Below are positions 38,819-52,143 of a DNA stretch of 64,000 nucleotides, one piece after another. The number at the start of each line of letters is the position of its first letter. Positions within the stretch are counted from its first letter, which is position 1. Both the position numbers and the translations under genes were made by a program. Origin of the DNA: Octopus vulgaris (taxonomy: Eukaryota); NCBI GenBank assembly GCA_951406725.2, contig OX597828.1:36580001-36644000 (forward strand), read 5' to 3'. The notes beneath the pieces were generated by a model. The model did not search any database. It was given only the letters and a program-made list of their open reading frames with translations, and was not told where the DNA came from.

Positions 38819-40025
38819 TGTATGTATGTATGTATGTATGTATGTATGTATGTATGTATGTATGTATTTATGTATGTATGCATGCATGTATGTATGTATG
38901 TATATATATATATATATATACATACATATATATATACATACATACATACATACATACATACATACATACATACATACATACATTCATACATACATACATA
39001 CATACGTACAAACAGAGATACCTTGTTGTTGATGTTGAAATTCTAATGAATGGGCCTCGGAGCCTAGATTAGAAACCGGTTCTTTCTCTAATGGCAAGAA
39101 ATCTTCAAATAAAACCGAACAATGACATACATATATATGTGAGGGTGTGTTTGTGTGTCTTTGTATGTTTGTGCTAGTATTGACATGGGTGCTTTCACGA
39201 CCACATTCAGCGGAACACATGCACGTACACACATAAGCATATAGATGCACAGACGTACACGAACACAAATACACAAACGCGGACATGTATTTGTAAACTC
39301 TCACGTACACAGATTTACACACATACAAACACATACACATGACGTCAGAACTGTCAAAAAATATGTAAGAAAAACAAAACAAAAAAAGACAACAAAAAAA
39401 TGAAACATAAAAAAAACCCATAAACAAAACAAAACAAAGTAGAGGAAGGTTTATAGAAATTCAGCGCGAATTATCCACTTCTGCGGGAACCAATCAAATA
39501 GTGTCTCCCGTTATTTAATATTTCAACATCTAAAATTCACTATTGACATTCTATACCTTCGTTCCTTCAGTTCTCTTTATTTTTTGCAGCAATTAATTCA
39601 AAGAGGTAATATATAATCATAAACACTCTCCATTCTTGCATAGTTTTTTTTGTTTTGTTTCTGTTTGTATTTTTTTCATTTATTGTCATTCTCTTTTATA
39701 TTTTCTTAAATCGCAATAATTAACTTTCAAACAAAGTCTTTATTTTGTCGCAAGACTTTCGGTGGGAAATCCTATGTTTTAACAGACGTTGTGTATATTT
39801 GGTGACAATAAACACATGAACTGGTTCTATTCCAGTGTCTTTTATTGTCATTAACCAATCCAGTTAACTAATTAACCAATTAAAAGGATCGATTGCTTGA
39901 TTAATCGTACCATGTGGTTGGGAAGCAAACCATACAACGACTCCTTTCATTTTATCATTGTTTCTACGTCATAACTTCCACATAACATCAGTTTGTGCGT
40001 TTTTATATTTGTCATTGTGTATATA

Positions 40026-40648
40026 CTCAGGGGTGCATGTGTGCAAAAGTAGGTGAACAGTATCATATCAATGTTACAATACTTAATTCATTAAAGGCGG
40101 CGAGCTGGCAGAATCGTTAGCACGCTGGACGGAATGCCTAGAGGTAATTTGTCTGCCGCTACGTTTTGAGTTCAAAATCCGCCGAGGTCGACTTTGCCTT
40201 TCATCCTTTCCGGGTCGATTAAATAAGTACCAGTTACGCACTGGGGTCGATGTTATCGACTTAATCCGTTTGTCTGTCCTTGTTTGTCCTCTGTGTTTAA
40301 CCCCTTGTGTGTAGTAAAGACACAGGTATTTCATCTGTCTTTAATTTCTGAGTTCAAATTCCGCCGAGGTCGACTTTGTCTTTCGGGGTCGGTAAATGAA
40401 GTACCAGTTGCGTACTGTGGTTTGTCTAATTGACTGGTTCCTCCCCCAAAATTTCGGGCCTTGTACCTAGAGTAGAAAAGAATACTTGATTCAATAAATA
40501 AGTTAGTCTAATTTTTGATATTCTCAGTGTCATTAATCATAACTATAATAATATGTTAATCGTAACTTTTAATATTTTTGATTTAAAAAAATCAATATTG
40601 TACGTGTTTTTTTCATAACTTTACACCTATATTTGTACCACCCCTGTG
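40026..40648. mobile_element. Tc1-like MITE interrupted by a SINE
   Basis: TA-flanked ctcaggggtg...gcaaaagtaggtg / cacctatatttgtaccacccctgtg. Confidence 0.5.
40096..40482 (+). mobile_element. SINE family B, partially tandem-duplicated
   Basis: Full head-domain-tail followed by a second partial unit from about 40325; other copies near 12010, 49840, 50010 and 55665. Confidence 0.82.
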
Positions 40649-41179
40649 TATTTTTTTAATCATTAATTTTTATCATAACTACTTATAACTCTTTTGAAAC
40701 GATCATTCCTGTTTTATCATTACTCTTACCATTCTTTCTTTATTACAGCCTTAAAAAAATCCTATCTTAATTTCATAATTATCCTTTTAATTTTATAAGT
40801 CATTATTACAATTGTTTCTTTTACCTTATCTCATTTTCCTAATTCTTCATCATAACTTCGGTTTGTCATTGCCACTTCATCATAACACACAAACACACAC
40901 TTCATCATAACACACACACACACGCTCGCACACACTTTTCCCGTTTAGTGGAGAATGATGTGAAGAAGGTTTGTCTGCTATTTCTAGTGTGTCAAGTGAC
41001 TGCACAGGGGATCCCAGGCTGGCTCATAGCAAAGTGGTTTAGCTGTAGATGTTGTTTAACCCTACTCACGGACCTATAAGCACGGGCATTCCAATATGAC
41101 CCACCTCGCATATTCCCCACCCACAATATACCCACTGCCTTATTATTAGTCCAAGTAAATTTTCTTTTCTTTTCTTTCT

Positions 41180-41388
41180 TTTACTTCTTTCAGTCATTTG
41201 ACTGCGGCCATGCTGGAGCACCACCTTTAGTAGAGCAAATCGACCCCAGGACATATTCTTTGTAAGCCTAGCACATATTCTATCGGGGCCATTTTGCCGA
41301 ACCGCTAAGTTTCGGGGACGTAAGCACACCAACATCGGTTGTCAAGCGATGTTGGGGGTACAAACAGACACACAAACATATACACACT

Positions 41389-41451
<63 letters not shown>

Positions 41452-41610
41452 GATGGGCTTTTTCAGTTTCCGTCTACCGAATTCACTCACAAGGCTTTGG
41501 CCGGCCCGAGGCTATAGTAGAAAACATTTGCCCAAAATGCCACGCAGTGGGACTGAACCTAGAACCATGTGGTTGGTAATCAAGCTACTTACCACACAGT
41601 CACTCCTGTG
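41180..41610 (-). mobile_element. tRNA-derived SINE family A, near full length
   Basis: Reverse complement of the 13458-type copy with internal (CA)n. Confidence 0.88.
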
Positions 41611-42605
41611 TTAGGTTTTTCCACAATATTTTCATGGTTGTCAGAAACTTGAGAAAATTAATACTTTAAAACGAATTGTATGTTAAAGTAGCAATTAACG
41701 AGCGGGTTACACATCCCAGCGAACATATTTGACGCCACCACCACCAGCGATTCCTTATTATTTCTAACATAGGAGGCAATGCTAGGAATTTTAAGGATAG
41801 GAGTAATTCGGTTACTAGGTTCTCAGTGAAAAATTTTCGTTTTAATAGCAAGAAGACAAAAATAAGGTCTCGCATTCATATGATTTTTATTTCTTCGTAG
41901 ACAAGCTTTAAAACAAGTTAGAAACCATTTTGGTCCTATTAAAAAATGCAGTTTATTGATGGTCGTGTCAGACGATACAGTAACAAGGCCGCTGACATTT
42001 GTTATGTAAGAAAAACACATAACTAAAATGGTTCTTTATTATTTCAGGCTCTAGTTTTTCTCCGTTCTCCTTCCAGCCTGTAACACAAAACTGTGTACTG
42101 ATTATAAGTCACACACATGCACGTTCACCTACACGATCACTCAGACAGGCGCGCGCACCCGCACGCCTGTGCACATTCGCGCCCTAGTGTACACAATCAT
42201 ACTCATACGCATAGACAGTTATATTCACACATACACATTCACTCACATAATTTATTCCCATTCATGTGAAACCACTAATATAAGTAAAAAAAATAAAAAA
42301 TTGTCAACTATTATTATAGTCATTATATATATTGTTACCGGTATAAATTAATATTACTAAGAAGCGTTTCCGGTTCGTGGCACATTGGGTGGGAAAAATG
42401 CCGGTACGTCACATCAGAGAGTTTGAAAGAACTGATCGAAGATACTTACTGATTGGTCGAAATACAGTTAGCACTTAGTTGGCGTGACATTGAAGTCACA
42501 TACCGATTAGTCAAAATACAGTTCGTAAGAGTGAGCCTGGTGAAAGGCCCATTGGAGTGGGTATTTAAGGGATAAATTTAATTATTTCACCAGTTATTAA
42601 TTGTG

Positions 42606-42857
42606 CACCACCACCACCACCACCACCACCACCACCACCACCACCACCACCACCACCACCACCACCACCACCACCACCACCACCACTACCACCACCACCA
42701 CCACTACCACCACCACCACCACTACCACCACCACCACCACCACCACCACCACCACCACCACCCACCACCACCACCACCACCACCACCACCACCACCACCA
42801 CCACCACCACCACCACCACCACCACCACCACCACCACCAGCACCACCGCCACCACCA
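42606..42857. repeat. (CCA)n trinucleotide microsatellite, about 250 bp
   Basis: Direct reading; three CTA interruptions and one phase slip near 42761. Confidence 0.97.
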
Positions 42858-43320
42858 TATGCGTGTATGTATGTGTTTGCGTGTGTGCTTGTGAATATGT
42901 GTGCACATTTATAAACATACTAGCATTAAACACCCGTCGTTGCCGGGTCATAGTGCCAGTGCATGTATATATGTGTATATATATATGTGTACATATTACA
43001 TGTACATTTATATATATATACATCTACACATAAAATGCAAAACACAAAGTTATATCTTGATATCGCTCGTGATAACAATACTCAAAATATATTACAGACT
43101 GGAATTGTTTTATTATTACCCACAAGGGGCGAACATAGAGGGGACAATACAATCTGATGTGGGGTCAGATATACGAATGGGTTTACAAAAATTACAAAAA
43201 TAGAAAAAATCGAATGGGGAACAGACCGGAAGACATTACGGATGGAGTGGGAGCGGGTTTAGCTCGGACCCCACGAGCCCCGCCTCCCCACTGATACTTT
43301 GGTTTCGTCTAGTTTTACAT

Positions 43321-46300
43321 TTATGTGGTATCATCCACTCGCAACTTTCGTGCTACATCTTTCCATCATTCTTTATACACTCTCTTAGTCAGGCATTTTC
43401 TCTCCAGCCCTATCTTCCTTTTCAGGTGAAAGATGAAGTAATTCATCAAACCAGGGCCGGATATGAACTTGCCTGACCGTAAACCTTTCATTCTCGTCTT
43501 CCATATCACCTCTTTCGCAATTGCTACTACAACGAGAAAACAATTCTTACCTTCTTTCGCGAGGAAATCTGGTGGGTCAATTTTTGTAATAGACTCAGTC
43601 GACAGCTGTACTCTTCGTGTGCTTGACAACAGCTGTTCGGCATAAACCCACACCTCAGACACGACCGAACAATGAACAATAGCGTGCGGGACGGTTTCCC
43701 TATCCCGCTCGCATCTTGGACATATCGGACTGTCTTGGCCACCGTGCCTTGCGAGTTTATCCCGAACAGGTAGAGCTCCTCTGTAGCATTGCCATGCCAG
43801 AGACTTCTGGAAGTTGTCCAGTGTCTTCGGCTCGAACGTACGTCGGAACAGACTGGCCAGCTGATTATCGTCGAGACCTAGGGTCTCCCCCAAGGTATCT
43901 TCACATTCCGCCTCTACCAACCCTCTATAGAAGAATGTGGTGGAACCCCCACCGCAGGCGTTGCCCGAGCGACGGAATAGCAGGAGAGCCTTGCGACACT
44001 CTGTGTACCATGTGCCCAGTTTCGATTTACGATTCAGCCAGGTTTCCCATCCACCGAAACAAGTGAACTTGGGAAACATCAGTTTTGCTAGCGGAGACCA
44101 CACCCGTTCACCATCCAGGTAGAGCCACAGATGTCTTAACCTCAGCGCATGTCTGCGCATCATCAGCCAAGGCATCCCTAGCCCACCCTTTAACGGTTGT
44201 TGACAGCAAGTAGAGCGTTTCACAAGTGGTTTCCCGCCCTTCCACAAGAAGTAGAAGAGCTGTCTTTCCAACTTGATCAACCACGAATCAGGGCAAGGAA
44301 CGACGGAAAGGCGGTAGGTGTTAACCGATGCGATAAACACATTGGCTACCTCCGTCCTCCCTTTCAGAGATAGCCACCGCCAAGACCAGGTCTTGGTTAC
44401 TGCAGCCACCCTGCTCGATACCTCGCCCCAATTCTTCTCTATTTGGAGGTCTGGACCGAACCAAACCCCTAGCAACTTAATCGGACCCTCCGTCCAACGT
44501 CCCACGACGCTGTCAGGAGGCATCGACTTGCCTCTCCAGGTGCCGAGTTGCAAGCCGACTGACTTTTCGTGATTAACCTTTGCTCCTGTCACCGTCTCGT
44601 AAACCTCTATGGCCTTGCCTACTTTACGTAGGTGATCCATTTCGGTTACGATGATGGTGATGTCATCCGCGTACGCTGACACCGATTTTCCACAACCTGG
44701 CTGTCTCGGGATGCCGCTCAGTTTTCGCAGTAATGGCTCAAGAGCCATCACGTACAAAAGCGGGGAGAGCGGACACCCTTGGCGAACCGAGCGCTTGATG
44801 TTGAACGGCTTCGACAAGAAGCCGTTCACCCGAACTACCGAGTCGATGTTGTCGTAAATTTGGATAATCTACCTGAGGAAGCCAAGGCCCAGCCCGAACT
44901 GTGCCAGGGCAGATACCAGGTAGCGATGGTCGACCCTATCGAATGCTTTAGATTGGTCTAAATGGACCAGTGCCCCACCCTTGCCAGAATCACTATTAAA
45001 CCCCTCTATAGTGTACCGCATAAGATGGAGATTATCCTGAATGGTTCTGCCGGGAACGGCACATGTCTGTGCCTCCCCGATCAGACCATCCGCGACACGC
45101 GCCAATCTTTTTGATAACACTTTGGCCAAAATCTTCAACTCTGTGTTTAGCAGAGTGATGGGCCTGAAATTATCAATGCACTCCCCCTTGATCGGGTCCT
45201 TTCTGATGAGTGTCACTACTCCCCGGCGCACAGATCTGGGTATGAACCCGTTCTGCTGCCAGTTCGCATAGACCTCCGCCAGTAGGTGCCCGAACAAGTC
45301 TGGCATACTCTTATATAACTCATAGGGTAGACCATCTAAACCCGGCGCCTTGCCCGCGCCGCAGTCCGCCATCGCCTCAACCACCTCCCCAGGCGTGATT
45401 GGCCCTTCACAGCCCTCCGCATCTCGCCCCGATAAGCGCGGCAGCCCGTCGAGGAGGTCCGTAAAGGCTCTCCTCCTATCCAGTCCGCCGCACTCACCGA
45501 AAAGCTGAGCGAAGTGCTCCTGAAAGGCCTCACACATCTCCTCGGGCTCGTTTATCAACTCATCTAGTTGGTTCGTCTTAGATCGAATCGTGGCGTCGTT
45601 ACCATGCTGAGCTTCCACCACTCGGGCCCATCTCACGGCGTTGATTCCTTCACAACCCATTGCGCGGATCCTAGCCCTGACAATGCAGCCCATGTGTTTG
45701 GCCTCGAGGTGCTGGTTTAACGCCAGTCTCTTGGCCGTCACCTGAGCCGCAGAGCCAGTTTTCAAGGCTTTCTCTAATTCCTTAACTAGAGTAGATTCCC
45801 TCCTAGCCTCTCTAGCCACTAATCCTTTGCTATATCTAATAGACTCGAATTTGATGGCTCGCTTGAGGGCATACCACCATTTGTTATTAATGATGGCACC
45901 AGATAGCGCCCTCTGAATTATAGTCCTAATCCGGTCTCTGTACTCCTTATTCGCCAAAAGGGACGTATTAAGTTTCCAGTAACCGGAGCCTCTATTTTTA
46001 ACCTTATCTATGTCAAGCTTACAGGTGACCATTTTATGATCACTGTAGCTGACCATGTAAAACTGTGGACACTTAGCTATTTTTCTGTCTACTTTTCTAA
46101 TTAGTATCCTATCTATGTATGACCTGGAAGATCCGTCGCTGTTTGACCATGTCCACAATGGAGCGTTCGGAAATTCCAGCCTATAAGGATCTGCTAGCTC
46201 AAAGCGGCTTAGCAGTTCCAGGAAGCCAATGTTACCTTTTCTATCTGGACGCAAGCTAACACAATCTACATCCGCTTTGCAAATTGTGTTAAAGTCTCCT

Positions 46301-46716
46301 AGCACAACTAATGAATGCGAAGTACCAAGAAAGTTTTCCAGTTCTCGAAAATAATCACTTTGCCCTTTTTGGTTGGGTGCGTAAATTGCAACCAGTCTGA
46401 TAACTTTACCGTTACTGAACGTCAAATCCATGACGACCAGCCTGCCTTCTGGGTCTGAAAAAATTAACTTTTTCTCAAAAACCCGGTTTCTTTTTAATAG
46501 GACCAACACCCCACCCCCGCCTGTAGGACTGGCCGGAGAGAAAAAACTCTCGTAGCCGTCAAACAGCGGGAGTAGACCTCTTGGCCCCTCTAACCGGGTT
46601 TCTGTAGCAACAATAACATCCAAATTACGCGACCTGATATCATTAAGGAAGCGACCTTGCTTCCAGCTTGATCCCAGGCCGCGCACATTTAAACAACCAA
46701 CATAAATGCAATCCAT
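43321..46716 (-). pseudogene. LINE ORF2: APE endonuclease + reverse transcriptase + CCHC, two nonsense mutations
   Basis: LNVRGL, ETRL, IYAP, GDFN, SDH; QGCPLSPLL, YADD; CPRC..H...C. One frame throughout, broken only by TAG at 44871-44869 (likely TGG) and TGA at 43368-43366 (likely CGA). Confidence 0.93.
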
Positions 46717-47094
46717 GACTTACCTTATATCAGTGGTTCGACTTGTTCGACTTGTTTTTCTTCTTCTTCTTCACTTTTATTTTTTTCCTGGGCTCGTGGG
46801 GGAGTTCGACGCAGGCCCTCGTATAAATATGGAGATATGTCCAATCTCAGAGGGCCCACGTCGTGAAAGAATTCGGATTTTATCCGTCCGTAATCCTTCC
46901 GGCCTATTCTTTAAACAATGCAGTCTTTTGTTTTTTTAATTTTCTCCACCTTGGCCATGGCTGCCAAAACGTTAATTAGCCTGTTGTTGGCAGCCTTAAT
47001 GGCCATAAATGTATTCGTCGCTCCTTTCCTCTTTTTTTGGCTCTCTTTCTGAGGGGTGGTTTCTGTTTTCTGTTTTTTTTTTGGTAATTTATGA

Positions 47095-47985
47095 CTACCC
47101 TTCCTCTTTTTCCTTTTCTTCGCCGCTTGTTGTTTCTGTTGCTTCTTTGGTTTCTGTAGTTTCTGGTGTTTTCTCTTCTGTTTTTTCTTTTTCTGGCGGT
47201 GCTGCTTCCTGCGGTCTAGGTTGGCACTCCGCTCTCACGTGCCCCTTTTTACCGCAGCCGAAGCACCTCGGCTTTCTGTCCTCCACAAACACTAACACTC
47301 TCTCCTCCTCGCTGATCCTCAATATCTCTGGAATTTCTTCCAACGTCTGGACCTCCGCCTGTATCGCCATTGAGATGCATTGGCCTTGCCAATACTCCTC
47401 CTCCTCTACTGTAGCCTGGAGGATAGTGATCTTGTCCTCCAGGCCTAACATCACTGCCGCCACTAGGTATGTGGCGTCCGCTTCTGGCGGAATATTTTTT
47501 ATTAATATTCTTGAGGTCCTTCTGCCTCTGTACAGGGGGAGGAGGACTATATTTTCCGCTTTTAGAGGTTCGGTTGATAGCTTCTTCGCTATCTCCTCAG
47601 TCCTGAACCTCATCTCAACCGTTCCAAATTTTCTGCCACGGTTTATGTATGTGATGTCCTTCCATATTGTCTTTAGACAATTCTCGATTTTTTCCTCTTC
47701 CACTCTTTGAATGGTTTTCATCGTCGTATTATATGTTTTGTAAATAATCCTTCTTTTATCTACTTCCTCTGTCTTTCTGACGTCTGATTCCACTGTTACT
47801 TTATTACCTTCCTTTTTCAAACATGCTGCATATTTTTCTAGGTTGCTTTTTTCCGTGTTGATTTTTTTCTGTTTTTTTCCCGCAACTTCTGCGAACTTCT
47901 TCGCTGGGGCTTCTTCTGTTTTCGGCGTCACCGCCGGTGAACTTTCTTCACCTGATACAGGTGAATAGGAAATAGGAGTGTCCAT
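47095..47985 (-). CDS. LINE ORF1 (CCHC zinc knuckle), C-terminus prematurely stopped
   Basis: 296-aa ORF with CFGCGKKGHVRAEC, upstream of ORF2. Confidence 0.88.
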   Translation of the reverse strand: MDTPISYSPVSGEESSPAVTPKTEEAPAKKFAEVAGKKQKKINTEKSNLEKYAACLKKEGNKVTVESDVRKTEEVDKRRIIYKTYNTTMKTIQRVEEEKIENCLKTIWKDITYINRGRKFGTVEMRFRTEEIAKKLSTEPLKAENIVLLPLYRGRRTSRILIKNIPPEADATYLVAAVMLGLEDKITILQATVEEEEYWQGQCISMAIQAEVQTLEEIPEILRISEEERVLVFVEDRKPRCFGCGKKGHVRAECQPRPQEAAPPEKEKTEEKTPETTETKEATETTSGEEKEKEEG

Positions 47986-49306
47986 CTCTGGATGTGGCTT
48001 TACAAGCCTTTTCGATTGGCTTTAACAAGCCTTCAAAAACTTCTGGCTTCGCATGCCTTTTGTGTGTATTTTAAACTGTTCCACAATAATTGTCTCACAA
48101 CAATTCCCCCGCGGGGGGGGGGGGGATTTTGATACGTAGCCTTCGCGCGAAGGCTAATAACAGTTTTACACAAAATACACAATATATAAAACAAAGTAAC
48201 AATAATTAAATTAACAAACCGGTAATAAACAACAATCGACAAAACAGACTAGCAATCAATTAAATGGAATTGTTAGCTCTCCTTTTTTCTCTACATTGTA
48301 TACTTTATAGACAATAGTCTTTTCTTTAATTTAATTTTTTATTATCCATCTGGACTATTCCATTCCTGCACGCTAATTTTATTTTTAATTTATTCCCATT
48401 CATGTGAAACCACTTATTCAGTTCAAATCATTGATGCAATTTTATACCAATTGCTATTTTAACTTTTGTTATGTTACGATTATATGATACTTTAGTTTGA
48501 ATTTTATTATTACTAACTACATATAATTCAATTGTTATTATTATTTTTATTGTTAAAGTGAAAGCATCTGACATAAAACAGAAAAATATTTTTGTTTCAC
48601 TTTTAACACGTAATACTGAAATAGTGGAGAAGATATGATATTGCTATGGGCTCGCTCTAGGCAAGAAGTTGAACACTTTTTTTTGCCCATGAAACTACAT
48701 GGACCCTAAGTAAGGCATGTATAACATTTGAATGAAATTGGTTATGTAGTTCTCAAGTTTTAGGGAAACAGATAGACAGATACACATTCTCAGTTTTATA
48801 TATATAAAGATATATTTACAGTAAGACTTCAATCATTTATAGACCATTTTCATTTTTGTGTCTTCTTTCAGGCGATGGCATTCAACCCCAAAGAATATCT
48901 TTCCAAAAACTGGATCCACTTGCTGGTCTGAGTTGAAATGTTTTTTTCATTTTCTTTCTCCTTTGACTTTTTCTCCTCTTCCTATCTTTCATTTTATCCT
49001 CTCTCTTTCTTTCTGTTCACAGTTGGCTCGCTGGATGGCTTGTTATATTTCCCGTATTCAAGACAAACCGGGAAGAGCCACTGCAATGTCACTCAGGCAA
49101 ACGGATCTCATATCATAGCCACAAAAAGGAGTGAAGAACACATTGCACTCTATAGTCTGTAGTCAAGAAAATGTAGTTTCAGGTTCAGTCCCATTGTGTA
49201 ACAAAAATGTTACGAATGGCTGTGAATGGAATCAGGACAGTGTATCCCCATGAATCAAATTAAGCGTTAGGTTCGAAATTCCCATACAAGTAAGTTCAAC
49301 ACAAGA

Positions 49307-49348
49307 CACCTGAAGAAGGCTGGAACATACAACAGCCAAAACGTAGTG
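49307..49348 (+). ncRNA. Degenerate minimal hammerhead motif
   Basis: cac-CTGAAGA-a-ggctg...cagcc-AAAA-cg-TA-gtg; GAAA mutated to AAAA. Confidence 0.5.
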
Positions 49349-50435
49349 AAAGCAACAACCAAGATGATGACACCTGATCGACTCATATAAAAACTATACT
49401 TATTCGTAAAATAATGTTTTTTCGCCTAATTAAAATTAAACTGTAACTCATTAACAGCCACTGACCCATTTTTGGGGATAGATTTAACATTTAATGTTAA
49501 TGATATTATGAAGAATTTTGCAATTCTGCTGTTATATACTTGATATTTATAATATACTTCAGGTATACCATTAAAATATAATCAGAAATATAATCAGGGT
49601 CTTTAGGAGTTAAGAAAATGTAAAGAATTATAATATTTATAGTTGATGGTTTAACTTTAATGGGTTTAGAAGTAAGAGCGTGTAATCAGCTGACGATTAT
49701 TATGATGGATAAACCTAGCGTTTCGTCGGTTATGACGACGAGAGTTGAAGTCGATTCGATCGGCAGAACAACATGTTCGTGAAATTAACGTGCAACTGGC
49801 TGAGTGCTCCGCAAACACGTGTATCCTTAACATAGTTCGTCTTCACATTCTGAGTTGAAATTCCACCGAGGTCGATTTTGTTTCTCATCCTTTCGGGGTC
49901 GGAAAATAAGTACCAGACGAGTACTGAGGTCGATGTAATCGACTTGTCCGCTCTTGTTAAATTGCTAGCCTTGGGCCTAAATTTGAAATCATCATTTGTG
50001 GACATTGAGGGTGGCAAGCAGGTAGAATCGTTATTGCATCGAGGGAAATGCTAAGCGATATGTCTTTCGGCTATTTACGTTCTGAGTTCGAATATTACTG
50101 AAGCCAACTTTGCCTTTCATCCCTTTTGAGGCCGTTAAAATAAAGCAATCAAGCCGTTAATTAATGGAGTTAATTTCATCGACTCACTCTCTCCCCATGT
50201 GCCAAAATTGTTAGCAATTATATGTCAATGCTGACCATCACAAGTGAAAATTATTGATAAGTTGAAAATAGGTAAGTATAATGAAAATCTCGTTTCTTTT
50301 TAAAAATCCCTAAAAGAAATTGATTTTTGTTTTCAACAGGTATTGGCATTTGTGGTCGTAATTTTTGGTATGGGAATTGCGCAGCTGAGAGAGTCACGGT
50401 AAGCCTTTTATTCAATGGTTTTACTACTTTAACGT

Positions 50436-50770
50436 GGAGGCGCAATGGCCCAGTGGTTTGGGCAGCGGACTCGCGGTCGTAGGATCGCGGTTTCGATTCC
50501 CAGACCGGCCGTTGTGTGTGTTTATTGAGCAAAAGCACGAACCCTGCTGTACTCTTTCACCACTACTTTCTCTTCCTCTTTTTTCCTGTTTCTGGTGTAC
50601 CTGTAATTCAAAGATCAAAGAGCCAACCTTGTCTTACTCAATGTCATACTGAATCTCTCCGAGAACTACGTTAAGGGTACACGTGTTTGTGGAGTACTCG
50701 GCCACTTGCATCGGCAGTTCCGTTGATCGGATCAATTGGAACCCTCGTCGTCGTAACCAACGGAATGCCA
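50436..50770 (+). mobile_element. tRNA-derived SINE family C
   Basis: Matches the 17027 copy at head and tail. Confidence 0.82.
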
Positions 50771-52143
50771 GGTACACACACACACACACCATAACAAAGC
50801 ACCATTCCTAGGTGGTGAATTGGTGAAACTATAAAAACTTCGGATTAAATATTTTATAGTATTTGTTCCAGTTCTTTGAATTGTGAGACTAAAATCTTTT
50901 CACTGTATGTTTGGATGGTAAACTGTATCTGTTACCCGGTTCGACACGACGACTACCACCGCCTGTCTTTTGGGTGCCTTGAGTGGCGTTTACTCAGTTG
51001 AAAGCATTTAGATTAGGTTTTCGGTTTGAGGAAAGGTTCGTGATTCGTTCACACCAGTCTTACGGGCTCTGTATCGAGTAATTGGTAGTACCTGGTTTCT
51101 GACTAAAGTATAAAATAAACAGTTATGGCAGTGAAATCCCTTGTGACTTTCTTCAAACAGACGGATGGGTACGGTGTAGAAAATCTCAATTTGTCAATCA
51201 TATCGACCTTATTGCTTGTTTCAGTGTAGTCCATCATTTGTTCTATCGATCTTTAATTACGAAATAGTTAAGTTGTTACTCTTTCAGGCAAAAGAATGCG
51301 AGTCCATTCACTATTTATTGACACCTGCATACACAAATACAAAGATATATACACGTCTTTACACAACTGTGACATGCTTCCATCTAAATTCCATTCTCAA
51401 TATATTGATCGAAGTTACAGTAGAATATACATGCTTAAGGCACCGAGTAGTGGAATTAGAGTCGGAACCCCATGGAAATGAGACGAACTTCTAAAACATA
51501 CGGCTATGCCTTCGGTTACAATACACTTTTTGTTATATTTTTTGTAAATAATACGAAGTCGTCGTCGTGGCTGATGACAGTACAGCCTGATTGGCACCCA
51601 TGCCAGTGGCTCGTAGAAAGCACAAGTCGAGCGTGGTCGATGCCAGTGCCGGCTGACTGGTCCCGTGCCGGTGGCATGTAAAAAGCACCCACTACACTCT
51701 CGGAGTGGTTGGCGTTAGGAAGAGCATCCAGCTGTAGAAACCTTGCCAGATCGGATTGGAGCCTGGTGCAGCCTTCTGGCTTGCCATCCCTCAGTCAAAC
51801 CGTCCAACTCATGCCAGTATGGAAAGCGGACATTAAATGAAAACGACGACGACGATGATGACGATGTTGATGACGACGACGATGTTAGATGTTTCAAAGG
51901 GCGGGTTGTATATGGTTATTATAAATCACAGTGGTTGACTGATGGCTTATTTTATCGACATAATATGAGTAAAAGATGAAATGTGGAAGTCTGCAAGTAA
52001 CAATATACTGCAGGGTAATTTTAAAGCTCTAAAGGAACATAACTGAATACTGCAAGGCAAGTTTATCCATAATGGGACATAATTTTCAGAAGTGCCAACG
52101 AACGAAACTCATAGCTCTAGAGTCACCCTGTAACGTCTGCCGG

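Larger units (their letters stand above)
43110..48264 (-). mobile_element. Full-length Tx1/L1-clade LINE
   Basis: ORF1 + ORF2 with 5' and 3' UTRs; 10-bp TSD tggaattgtt at 43100-43109 and 48265-48274. Confidence 0.93.
42920..48810 (-). mobile_element. Non-autonomous Helitron (about 0.7 kb) split by the Tx1 LINE
   Basis: Minus strand: A|TC start at 48810, subterminal hairpin acccg-N7-cgggt at 42932-42948, CTAG|T end at 42920; gaca/gata microsatellite near the 5' end. Confidence 0.75.

Noticed and set aside
42565-43023. Poly-His/Pro/Thr/Gly/Val/Trp ORFs
   Set aside because: Translations of the (CCA)n microsatellite, with no splice or homology support
44869-44871. Programmed readthrough or editing-dependent TAG in LINE ORF2
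   Set aside because: A simple TGG>TAG nonsense change fits; ORF1 and the ORF2 end carry other stops, indicating decay
42252-48414. 25-bp direct repeat as the TSD of a 6.1-kb insertion
   Set aside because: The LINE has its own 10-bp TSD and the Helitron ends cross these boundaries
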